Source: a virus
Taxonomy: Duplodnaviria > Heunggongvirae > Uroviricota > Caudoviricetes
IMG/VR virus record: IMGVR_UViG_2698536576_000002
Reading direction: 5' to 3' (one strand)
Length of the DNA stretch: 26,379 nt
This document shows, in pieces, positions 18,129 through 26,379 of the stretch. Made by a program: the position numbers and the translations under genes. The notes beneath the pieces were generated by a model, which had not been told where the DNA came from, did no database searches, and saw nothing but the letters and a program-made list of their open reading frames with translations. Position 1 is the first letter of the stretch. Each line of letters starts with the position of its first letter.

Positions 18129-19586
18129 ATGAATACATCTCATGTAAGAGTTGTTACTCATATGTGTGGGTTCCTGGTTTGGCTCTATAGTCTTTCAATG
18201 TTGCCACCAATGGTTGTAGCATTGTTTTATAAAGAAAAAAGCCTGTTCGTTTTCTTTATAACCTTCGTTATATTTTTTTGCATTGGTGGCGGAGCGTGGT
18301 ATACAACTAAGAAATCTGGCATTCAATTACGTACCCGTGATGGGTTTATTATAATTGTAATGTTTTGGATTTTGTTTTCTGTTATTAGTGCATTCCCTTT
18401 ATGGATTGACTCAGAACTTAATTTAACGTTCATTGATGCTCTTTTCGAAGGGGTTTCTGGAATAACAACAACAGGAGCAACTGTAATTGATGATGTTAGT
18501 TCATTACCTCGGGCATATTTGTACTATCGGTCACAGTTAAATTTTATAGGTGGTTTAGGAGTTATTGTTCTGGCGGTTGCTGTATTGCCATTATTGGGTA
18601 TTGGTGGTGCAAAGCTTTATCAGTCAGAAATGCCGGGGCCATTTAAGGATGACAAACTCACTCCCCGCCTGGCCGATACGTCACGGACACTGTGGATAAC
18701 TTATTCTTTATTAGGTATTGCTTGTATTGTCTGTTATAGACTTGCAGGAATGCCTTTGTTTGATGCTATTTGTCACGGGATTTCCACAGTTTCGCTTGGT
18801 GGTTTCTCAACTCATAGCGAGAGTATCGGATATTTTAATAACTATTTGGTTGAGCTGGTGGCTGGTTCTTTTTCCCTGCTATCGGCTTTCAACTTCACTC
18901 TTTGGTATATTGTTATTAGCAGGAAAACGATAAAACCTTTAATCAGAGATATTGAACTTCGTTTCTTTCTGTTAATAGCCTTAGTGGTGATCATTGTTAC
19001 CTCTTTCCAGGTCTGGCATATAGGTATGTATGACTTGCATGGAAGTTTTATTCATTCGTTTTTTCTTGCCAGCTCCATGCTCACTGATAATGGTTTAGCT
19101 ACGCAGGATTATGCAAACTGGCCCACGCACACGATAGTGTTTTTGCTGTTGTCAAGTTTCTTTGGGGGATGTATAGGTTCAACTTGTGGTGGAATTAAGT
19201 CACTTCGATTTCTTATACTTTTCAAACAAAGCAAACACGAGATAAATCAGCTTTCTCATCCCAGAGCGTTGTTGAGTGTAAATGTAGGAGGGAAGATAGT
19301 TACAGATCGTGTAATGAGGTCTGTATGGAGTTTCTTTTTTCTTTATACTCTCTTCACGGTGTTTTTTATACTGGTGTTAAATGGTATGGGATATGATTTT
19401 CTTACATCATTTGCAACAGTGGCTGCATGTATTAATAATATGGGATTAGGTTTTGGGGCTACTGCATCGTCATTCGGAGTGCTTAATGACATTGCAAAAT
19501 ATTTAATGTGCATAGCTATGATTCTTGGTCGCCTTGAAATTTATCCTGTTATTATATTGTTTTCAGGTTTTTTTTGGCGCTCCTAA
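18129..19586 (+). CDS. trkG: TrkG potassium uptake protein (Trk system membrane subunit), 485 aa
   Basis: ORF 18111..19586; start MNTSHVRVVTHMCGFLVWLYSL; multi-pass membrane protein; markedly AT-rich. Confidence 0.9.
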   Translation: MNTSHVRVVTHMCGFLVWLYSLSMLPPMVVALFYKEKSLFVFFITFVIFFCIGGGAWYTTKKSGIQLRTRDGFIIIVMFWILFSVISAFPLWIDSELNLTFIDALFEGVSGITTTGATVIDDVSSLPRAYLYYRSQLNFIGGLGVIVLAVAVLPLLGIGGAKLYQSEMPGPFKDDKLTPRLADTSRTLWITYSLLGIACIVCYRLAGMPLFDAICHGISTVSLGGFSTHSESIGYFNNYLVELVAGSFSLLSAFNFTLWYIVISRKTIKPLIRDIELRFFLLIALVVIIVTSFQVWHIGMYDLHGSFIHSFFLASSMLTDNGLATQDYANWPTHTIVFLLLSSFFGGCIGSTCGGIKSLRFLILFKQSKHEINQLSHPRALLSVNVGGKIVTDRVMRSVWSFFFLYTLFTVFFILVLNGMGYDFLTSFATVAACINNMGLGFGATASSFGVLNDIAKYLMCIAMILGRLEIYPVIILFSGFFWRS

Positions 19587-19723
19587 TATATGGCTGATTT
19601 ATAATTGTGAGTTTAATATTATATTGACTCACTCATTGATCCAATACCTAACTTTACCAGCAACACCTCCGCCCCCAGTAGCACTGGCTGCTGGGGTGCG
19701 TTTTATTCATAAAGCAAGGCTGT

Positions 19724-20512
19724 ATGAGCGAGAAATTAAAGATAGTCTATCGCCCATTACAAGAATTGTCACCGTATGCGCACAACGCCAGGACGCACAG
19801 TACTGAGCAGGTGGCACAACTGGTAGAAAGTATTAAGCAATTCGGCTGGACTAATCCGGTGCTGATTGACGAAAAGGGCGAAATTATTGCGGGTCACGGT
19901 CGTGTTATGGCGGCTGAAATGCTCAAAATGGATTCTGTTCCGGTCATTGTTCTGTCTGGCCTGACGGATGAGCAGAAAAAGGCGTACCGCTTGGCAGATA
20001 ATCGCCTACCGATGAATGCTGGCTGGGATGAAGATCTGTTGCGGATGGAGCTGTCGGTCCTAATCAATGCTGATTTTGATGTCTCCCTGACAGGCTTCGG
20101 CCCGACAGAAATTGATGAACTGTTGACGGATGTTTTGCCCGGTACAGGAAATAAGGAGGAGCCGTATACGACGAAAATTGATACGCCTGTTTATGAGCCG
20201 TCGGGCGGTAAACCGGATATCAGTGAACTGTACGACGATACGAAAACTCAGGAGCTGATCAGCCGGATACGTTCGGCGTCCCTTGATCCTGATATTGAGA
20301 AATTCCTCCTGTGTGCGGCAGAACGTCACACGGTGTTTAATTTCAGCAGAATTGCGGACTATTACGCTCATGCCCCCGCTGAAATTCAGTGCCTTTTCGA
20401 GGAGTCGGCGCTGGTGATCATTGATTATCAGCAGGCTATTGAAAATGGATTTGTCCGAATGACGCAGCGCATGGTGGAGATCATGCATGGCGGGGAGGAG
20501 GAATATGCGTGA
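19724..20512 (+). CDS. ParB-like nuclease domain protein (full-length YnaK-like), 262 aa
   Basis: ORF track; N-terminal ParB/Srx-type segment LQELSPYAHNARTHSTEQVAQLVESIKQFGWTNPVLIDEKGEIIAGHGR. Confidence 0.6.
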   Translation: MSEKLKIVYRPLQELSPYAHNARTHSTEQVAQLVESIKQFGWTNPVLIDEKGEIIAGHGRVMAAEMLKMDSVPVIVLSGLTDEQKKAYRLADNRLPMNAGWDEDLLRMELSVLINADFDVSLTGFGPTEIDELLTDVLPGTGNKEEPYTTKIDTPVYEPSGGKPDISELYDDTKTQELISRIRSASLDPDIEKFLLCAAERHTVFNFSRIADYYAHAPAEIQCLFEESALVIIDYQQAIENGFVRMTQRMVEIMHGGEEEYA

Positions 20513-21263
20513 TGATTTTTGCGCCTTTATTCTGACTCACGGGCGACCGGAAAAAGTTCTGACTTACCGGACGTTGCGTCGTGCTGGCTATACCGGGAAA
20601 ATTTTTATCGTTGTTGATGATGAAGATAAGACACGGCATCAGTACATGGCTGAATTTGGTGAACAGGTGCTGGTATTTTCCAAAGCCGATATCGCCAGTC
20701 GTTTTGACGAAGCCGATAATTTTGGTGACCGCCGCTCAATTTTTTACGCCCGTAATGCCTGTTTCGACCTGGCAAAACTGGTCGGGTGTAAATACTTCAT
20801 TCAGCTCGATGATGATTATCACGAGTTCCAGTTTCGGGTGGATCGCAACTATGACCAGGCCTATTTTCCGATAAGGAAACTGGATGCGATCCTTTCTGAA
20901 ATGCTGGCGTACTACGAATCAATACCTGTTCTTTCCATCGCTATGTCGCAGGGCGGGGATTTTCTTGGTGACAATGGCGGCCATGCTTCGTGGGTGAAAC
21001 GCAAGGCAATGAACAGCTTTATCTGTTCGGTTGATCGACCGTTCTCATTCATGGGGCGCATTAACGAGGATGTGAATACGTACACGAATCTCGGTCGCTG
21101 TGGTGAATTGTTTATGACGATCGGTGCTGTCCAGTTAGGGCAGAAACAGACGCAGAAAAACAGCGGCGGAATGACCGAGCTGTATCTGGATTCCGGAACC
21201 TACGTTAACCGAATCCCATCTCGGCAAGGAGCTGCTGGAAAAAGTCGAGCTGACGGAGGATAA
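20505..21263 (+). pseudogene. YdaY-like gene with GT-A-like motifs; 3' end replaced by J-derived sequence
   Basis: Start MRDDFCAFILTHGRPEKV with GGGGAGGAGG upstream; IFIVVDDED and LDDDY motifs; from about 21187 the DNA encodes J-homologous sequence in another frame. Confidence 0.45.
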
Positions 21264-22137
21264 CGCCAGCAAACTGGAGGAGTTTTCGAAAGAGTGGAAG
21301 GACGCCAACGATAAATGGAATGCCATGTGGGGCGTCAAAATTGAGCAGACCGAAGACGGCAGGCATTATGTCGCGGGGCTTGGCCTTAGTATGGAGGATA
21401 CGGAGGAAGGCAAACTGAGCCAGTTCCTGGTTGCCGCTAACCGTATCGCGTTTATTGACCCGGCAAACGGGAATGAAACGCCGATGTTTGTGGCGCAGGG
21501 CAACCAGATATTCATGAACGAAGTGTTCCTGAAGTATCTGACGGCTCCCACCATTACCAGTGGCGGCAATCCTCCGGTATTTTCCCTGACACCGGACGGG
21601 CGGCTGACGGCGAAAAATGCCGATATCAGCGGTAACGTGAATGCGAACTCCGGGACGCTCAATAATGTCACGATTAACGAGAACTGTCGGGTTCTGGGAA
21701 AACTGTCCGCGAACCAGATTGAAGGCGATCTCGTTAAAACAGTGGGCAAAGCTTTCCCCCGGGACTCCCGTGCACCGGAGCGGTGGCCATCAGGGACTAT
21801 TACCGTCAGGGTTTATGACGATCAGTCGTTTGACCGGCAAATTGTTATTCCAGCGGTGGCTTTCTGCGGTGCCAGACATGAGCGGGAGAATAGCGATACT
21901 TATTCGTCATGCCGCCTGATAGTGAAGAAAAACGGGGCTGAAATTTATAACCGAACGGCTCTGGATAATACTCTGATTTACACGGGTGTTATTGATATGC
22001 CTGCAGGCAGTGGTGTAATGACACTGGAGTTTTCTGTATCAGCATGGTGGGTAAATGGCTGGTATCCCACAGCAAGTATCAGCGATTTGCTGGTTGTGGT
22101 GATGAAGAAAGCCACTACAGGCATCACGATTAGCTGA
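21187..22137 (+). pseudogene. C-terminal fragment of host-specificity/tail-tip protein J (about 315 codons)
   Basis: Frame reads ...[54 protein letters not shown]...[26 protein letters not shown], matching the lambda J C-terminal region as I remember it; no N-terminal part and no other tail genes present. Confidence 0.7.
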
Positions 22138-22156
22138 ATTTTATAACCCAGATACG

Positions 22157-22182
22157 GGCACCAGAAATGGTGCCTTTTTTAT
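22157..22182 (+). terminator. Intrinsic terminator after the J fragment: GGCACCA-gaaa-TGGTGCC followed by TTTTTTAT
   Basis: Perfect 7-bp stem plus T-run. Confidence 0.7.
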
Positions 22183-22204
22183 TGCAGAAAAGCGAGAGGT
22201 AATT

Positions 22205-22804
22205 ATGCGTAAATTATGTGCTGTTATTCTGTCCGCAGTAGTCTGGCTGGTTGCCGCTGGTACGCCAGCGAGCGCAGCAGAGCATCAGTCCACACTAAGC
22301 GCCGGGTATCTTCAGACCCATACTGATATGCCAGGCAGTGATGACCTGAAGGGCATTAACGTGAAATACCGTTATGAATTTACGGACACGCTGGGGCTGG
22401 TGACGTCATTCAGTTATGCAGGATACAAGAATCGTCAGCTGACCCGTTACAGCGATACCCGCTGGCATAAAGATTCCGTGCGTAACCGCTGGTTCAGCGT
22501 GATGGCGGGGCCGTCTGTGCGCGTGAATGAATGGTTCAGCGCGTATGCGATGGCGGGTATGGCTTACAGCCGTGTTTCGACTTTTTCCGGGGATTACCTC
22601 CGCGTAACTGACAACAAGGGGAAAACGCACGATGTGCTGACCGGAAGTGATGACGGTCGCCACAGCAACACGTCTCTGGCGTGGGGGGCTGGCGTGCAGT
22701 TTAACCCGACCGAATCCGTGGCCATTGATATTGCTTATGAAGGCTCCGGCAGTGGTGACTGGCGCACTGACGGTTTCATCGTGGGTGTCGGTTATAAGTT
22801 CTGA
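22205..22804 (+). CDS. lom: Lom/Ail-family outer membrane protein, 199 aa, intact
   Basis: ORF 22205..22804; signal peptide MRKLCAVILSAVVWLVAAGTPASA; C-terminal GYKF. Confidence 0.85.
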   Translation: MRKLCAVILSAVVWLVAAGTPASAAEHQSTLSAGYLQTHTDMPGSDDLKGINVKYRYEFTDTLGLVTSFSYAGYKNRQLTRYSDTRWHKDSVRNRWFSVMAGPSVRVNEWFSAYAMAGMAYSRVSTFSGDYLRVTDNKGKTHDVLTGSDDGRHSNTSLAWGAGVQFNPTESVAIDIAYEGSGSGDWRTDGFIVGVGYKF

Positions 22805-22830
22805 TTAGCCAGGTAACACAGTGTTATGAC

Positions 22831-22858
22831 AGCCCGCCGGTTCAGGCGGGCTTTTTTG
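22831..22858 (+). terminator. Intrinsic terminator after lom: AGCCCGCC-ggttca-GGCGGGCT followed by TTTTTT
   Basis: Perfect 8-bp stem plus T-run. Confidence 0.75.
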
Positions 22859-22868
22859 TGGAGTGGAT

Positions 22869-25244
22869 ATGGCAGCAGTAAAAATCTCAGGTGTGCTGAA
22901 AGATGGTGCGGGAAAACCAATACAGAACTGCACTATTCAACTGAAGGCAAAGCGTAACAGCACCACGGTACTGGTGAACACGGTGGCCTCTGAAAATCCG
23001 GATGAAGCCGGGCGTTACAGCATGGATGTTGAGTATGGCCAGTACAGCGTCACCCTGCTGGTTGAAGGTTTTCCGCCTTCACATGCCGGGACCATTACCG
23101 TCTATGAAGGTTCCAGACCAGGTACGCTGAATGATTTTCTCGGTGCCATGACGGAAGATGATGTCATGCCGGAGGCATTGCGTCGTTTTGAGGAAATGGT
23201 GGAAGAAGCGGCACGCAACGCTGAAGCCGCCTCTCAGAGCGCAGCGGCGGCAAAGAAATCCGAAACTGCAGCGGCATCATCGAAGAACGCGGCGAAAACC
23301 TCAGAAACGAATGCAGCTAACAGCGCACAGGCGGCAGCGACCTCACAGACTGCATCGGCAAACTCCGCGACAGCAGCCAAAAAATCAGAAACCAACGCGA
23401 AAAACAGTGAGACAGCCGCAAAGACGAGCGAAACCAACGCAAAGTCCAGCCAGACGGCAGCGAAAACCAGCGAAACGAATGCTAAAGCCAGTGAAACTGC
23501 GGCAAAAAACAGCCAGGTTGCAGCAGCCCAAAGCGAGAGCGCGGCAGCCGGTTCTGCGACTTCAGCAGCTGGATCAGCAACTGCTGCGGCTAACAGCCAG
23601 AAAGCTGCGAAGACGAGTGAAACTAACGCAAAGTCCAGCCAGACGGCAGCGAAGACCAGCGAAACGAATGCCAAAGCCAGTGAAACTGCGGCGAAAAGCA
23701 GTCAGGATGCAGCGGCTCAAAGCGAGAGTGCCGCAGCCAGTTCTGCAAGCGCGGCGGCTGCTTCTGCCACTGCATCAGCTAACAGTCAAAAAGCAGCAAA
23801 AACCAGTGAAACCAACGCAAAGGTGAGCGAAACAGCGGCTGCGAACTCAGCGAAAGCATCGGCAGCAAGCCAGACGGCAGCTAAAGCAAGCGAAGATGCA
23901 GCCAGAGAGTACGCAAGCCAGGCTGCGGAGCCGTATAAATATGTCTTACAGCCGCTGCCTGATGTGTGGATACCATTTAACGATTCGCTGGATATGATTA
24001 CGGGCTTTTCGCCGTCATATAAAAAAATTGTTATTGGTGACGATGAAATAACGATGCCTGGCGACAAGATTGTTAAGTTTAAACGTGCATCGAAAGCAAC
24101 CTATATTAACAAATCTGGTGTGCTGACAGAGGCTGCCATTGACGAGCCACGATTTGAACGTGATGGCCTGCTTATTGAGGGGCAAAGAACAAACTACATG
24201 CTCAATTCGGAAAGCCCTGCCAGTTGGGGGCGATCGTCAAATATGGATGTGCCCGAAACAGGGACGGATAATTTTGGTTTTACCTATGGAAAGTTTGTCT
24301 GCAACGATTCTCTGATTGGGCAAACCTCAGCCATTAATATGGCATCAATTGCTGCAACAAAGTCAGTTGATGTCTCAGGCGATAATAAACACGTGACAAC
24401 CTCATGTCGTTTTAAAACAGAACTGCAGGTAAGGTTGCGTATCCGGTTTGATAAATATGACGGTAGCGCAACAACTTTTCTTGGTGATGCGTATATTGAT
24501 ACACAAACGCTTGAAATTAATATGACAGGCGGTGCTGCCTCAAGGATTACAGCGAGAGTCAGAAAGGACGAAGCTACCGGATGGATTTTTGCAGAGGCAA
24601 CAATTCAGGCAATTGATGGGGAGTTAAAAATAGGCTCTCAGATACAGTATTCTCCTAAGCAGAGCGGGGCAACCGTATCTGGTGACTATATTTATCTGGC
24701 CACCCCACAAGTAGAAGATGGGCCTTGTGTATCATCTTTTATTATATCAGGAGCGACGGCGGCGACCCGCGCAAGCGATATAGTTACAGTTCCAATTAAG
24801 AATAATCTTTATAATCTTCCTTTTACGGTTCTTTGTGAGGTACATAAGAACTGGTATAAAACGCCAAATGCAGCGCCACGTGTTTTTGATACCGGCGGTC
24901 ATCAAACCGGAGCGGCTATTATTCTTGGCTTCGGTCGTTCAACAGATTACGACGGATTTCCTTATTGCGATATTGGAGGAGCTAACAGACGGGTAAACGA
25001 AAACGCATCGCTTGAAAAAATGGTTATGGGGATGCGTGTAAAGTCAGAGCAGTCTACGTGCTCAGTAAGTAACGGGCATATATCCAGCGAAACAAAAACC
25101 ACATGGTCCTGTATTCAGAACACCGCAATTATCCGTATTGGAGGCCAGACTACAGCCGGGTTACGTCATTTATTTGGTCATGTCAGGAATTTCAGAATAT
25201 GGCACAAGGCATTGACTGATGCTCAGGTGGGGGAGTCAATCTAA
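22869..25244 (+). CDS. Side tail fibre protein (Stf-like N-terminus, Ala/Ser/Thr-rich repeat shaft, distinct C-terminal domain), about 791 aa
   Basis: ORF 22863..25244; ATG at 22869 gives MAAVKISGVLKDGAGKPIQNCTIQLKAKRNSTTV, lambda Stf-like; C-terminus ends ...HVRNFRIWHKALTDAQVGESI. Confidence 0.85.
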   Translation: MAAVKISGVLKDGAGKPIQNCTIQLKAKRNSTTVLVNTVASENPDEAGRYSMDVEYGQYSVTLLVEGFPPSHAGTITVYEGSRPGTLNDFLGAMTEDDVMPEALRRFEEMVEEAARNAEAASQSAAAAKKSETAAASSKNAAKTSETNAANSAQAAATSQTASANSATAAKKSETNAKNSETAAKTSETNAKSSQTAAKTSETNAKASETAAKNSQVAAAQSESAAAGSATSAAGSATAAANSQKAAKTSETNAKSSQTAAKTSETNAKASETAAKSSQDAAAQSESAAASSASAAAASATASANSQKAAKTSETNAKVSETAAANSAKASAASQTAAKASEDAAREYASQAAEPYKYVLQPLPDVWIPFNDSLDMITGFSPSYKKIVIGDDEITMPGDKIVKFKRASKATYINKSGVLTEAAIDEPRFERDGLLIEGQRTNYMLNSESPASWGRSSNMDVPETGTDNFGFTYGKFVCNDSLIGQTSAINMASIAATKSVDVSGDNKHVTTSCRFKTELQVRLRIRFDKYDGSATTFLGDAYIDTQTLEINMTGGAASRITARVRKDEATGWIFAEATIQAIDGELKIGSQIQYSPKQSGATVSGDYIYLATPQVEDGPCVSSFIISGATAATRASDIVTVPIKNNLYNLPFTVLCEVHKNWYKTPNAAPRVFDTGGHQTGAAIILGFGRSTDYDGFPYCDIGGANRRVNENASLEKMVMGMRVKSEQSTCSVSNGHISSETKTTWSCIQNTAIIRIGGQTTAGLRHLFGHVRNFRIWHKALTDAQVGESI
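23419..23797 (+). repeat. Tandem duplication of a 189-bp unit (two copies) inside the fibre shaft, itself built from about 33-bp subrepeats
   Basis: AAGACGAGCGAAACCAACGCAAAGTCCAGCC at 23421 recurs as AAGACGAGTGAAACTAACGCAAAGTCCAGCC at 23610; protein repeat KTSETNAKSSQTAAKTSETNAKASETAAK. Confidence 0.7.
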
Positions 25245-25525
25245 TGAAAGATTTAACACTCAAATTTGAAGACAGGGCCGACTTTTCGGCCTTTATGGAG
25301 AGTATTGGCTATTATGATGACGAGTCGATGCAGGATGATATTCTTATCGACGTGATAGGTAACGTGTACAAAGAAACCGGAGAACTGACTGAAGATGGCG
25401 AACCGGTATGTGTTAAGGAAGACGGATATTTTGTAAACGTGCGCATCATTAATGATTCGCAAATATCGTCATTATTCGATGAATACGTGGTTGCTGTTGA
25501 GCATCAACTTCGTGGCTGGATGTGA
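25244..25525 (+). CDS. Small acidic hypothetical protein, 93 aa, translationally coupled to the fibre gene
   Basis: ORF track; TAATG overlap with the stf stop; AT-rich codon usage. Confidence 0.5.
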   Translation: MKDLTLKFEDRADFSAFMESIGYYDDESMQDDILIDVIGNVYKETGELTEDGEPVCVKEDGYFVNVRIINDSQISSLFDEYVVAVEHQLRGWM

Positions 25526-25534
25526 GGAAGAAAA

Positions 25535-26379
25535 ATGGCTACATCGACAGTAATTCCTGATGACATCAAAACGCTAAAATCCGACGTTAGCAAATTAAAA
25601 AACGATCAAGGAAGCTACGCAACAAAATCTTATGTAGACAATAAAACAACATGGAATGGTTATTGCAATGTAATCTATGATCAAAAAACATTGCCAACAA
25701 CTGGAACTATATTCAGCGGTAAGCTGCATTTGTCAAATAAGACTGGTGAAACGGAAAACGCTTATAGTGACATATATACCAGAAAAAATATTGATGGTAC
25801 TAAAGATACAATGACGAGGATCGTCACACATAACGGGACAAAAGGTATCTTTTGGGACTTTAGTGATCTTTACGGAGGAACTTTAATTTTTCCAGGCAGT
25901 GATGGTTACCTTAAGATGGGGAACTGTCTCATGTCGTATGGTGTGCGGGGAAGTAACGCGCTTATTAAGTTTGATAATACAGACTCATTGCAGATCAAAT
26001 ATGCTAATCACGGGTCGACCATGACACTAAACACGCAAGGTACGGCGTATTCTGGTGTGTCGACGTTATTATGGGGAAATTCCAGCCGTCCTGTTGTTTA
26101 TGAAGTCGGTGTTGATGGTGGCGCTTATATGTTCTATGCGCAGAAAAATACCGATAACACCTATATGTTAAGCGTTAATGGTGCATGTCATGCCACCGCA
26201 TTTAACCAGCATTCCGACCGGGATCTGAAAGACAACATTCAGGTGATCGATAATGCAACCGACCGCATCCGTAAAATGAACGGCTATACATACACGCTTA
26301 AAGAAAACGGTATGCCCTATGCTGGTGTCATTGCACAGGAAGCTCTGGAAGCAATCCCAGAAGTTGTAGGTTCCGCAAT
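25535..26379 (+). CDS. Tail fibre/tailspike-like protein with C-terminal intramolecular chaperone (peptidase S74-type) domain; 3' end beyond window
   Basis: Hand-translated open frame from ATG 25535 (GAGGAAG RBS) to the window edge; C-terminal motif HSDRDLKDNIQVIDNATDRIRKMNGYTYTLKENGMPYAGVIAQEALEAIPEVV. Confidence 0.6.
   Translation, partial: MATSTVIPDDIKTLKSDVSKLKNDQGSYATKSYVDNKTTWNGYCNVIYDQKTLPTTGTIFSGKLHLSNKTGETENAYSDIYTRKNIDGTKDTMTRIVTHNGTKGIFWDFSDLYGGTLIFPGSDGYLKMGNCLMSYGVRGSNALIKFDNTDSLQIKYANHGSTMTLNTQGTAYSGVSTLLWGNSSRPVVYEVGVDGGAYMFYAQKNTDNTYMLSVNGACHATAFNQHSDRDLKDNIQVIDNATDRIRKMNGYTYTLKENGMPYAGVIAQEALEAIPEVVGSA

Noticed and set aside
21366-21919. ORFs 21366..21749 (minus) and 21641..21919 (plus)
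   Set aside because: They sit inside the J-fragment reading frame, whose translation is recognisable; alternative-frame artefacts.
23158-24067. Long ORFs on both strands within the fibre gene (23158..23826 plus, 23234..23674 minus, 23786..24067 minus), and the possibility of a CRISPR array
   Set aside because: They are produced by the GC-rich Ala/Ser/Thr codon repeats of the fibre shaft. The repeats are tandem with no unique spacers, lie in frame in a coding sequence, and no cas genes are present, so this is not a CRISPR array.

Overview
This window reads as the early-region to tail-fibre portion of a Rac-type lambdoid prophage of Escherichia coli, identified from the translated ORFs and from gene order remembered from E. 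coli K-12 Rac; no database search was run. Left to right: the 3' end of an IS2 element cutting into the prophage integrase gene; then xis, ydaC, ralR, recT, recE, racC, ydaE and kilR on the minus strand; sieB; ydaF and ydaG; a racR-like repressor divergent from a cro-like/ydaT pair, with operator-like repeats on both sides; replication genes ydaU and ydaV with iteron-like palindromes; two winged-helix-like proteins; an AT-rich island carrying a QueH-like gene, a 29-codon hydrophobic ORF and a YeaR-like gene; a nin-like pair and antiterminator Q with promoter and terminator; tRNA-Thr(UGU) and tRNA-Gly(UCC); a phage-21-type lysis cassette; trkG; a ParB-like gene coupled to a GT-A-like ydaY remnant fused to a J C-terminal fragment; lom; and a side tail fibre followed by a small gene and a second fibre gene with an S74 chaperone domain running off the window. 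Terminase, capsid and tail-shaft genes are absent, so the prophage is defective, although it retains a Q/tRNA/lysis segment that, from memory, K-12 Rac has lost. The points I would look at first are the operator-like sites around racR, the iteron palindromes in ydaU, the QueH-like island, the ParB-like/GT-A-like pair and the unusual tail-fibre tip; none of these is proven to be a new system from sequence alone.
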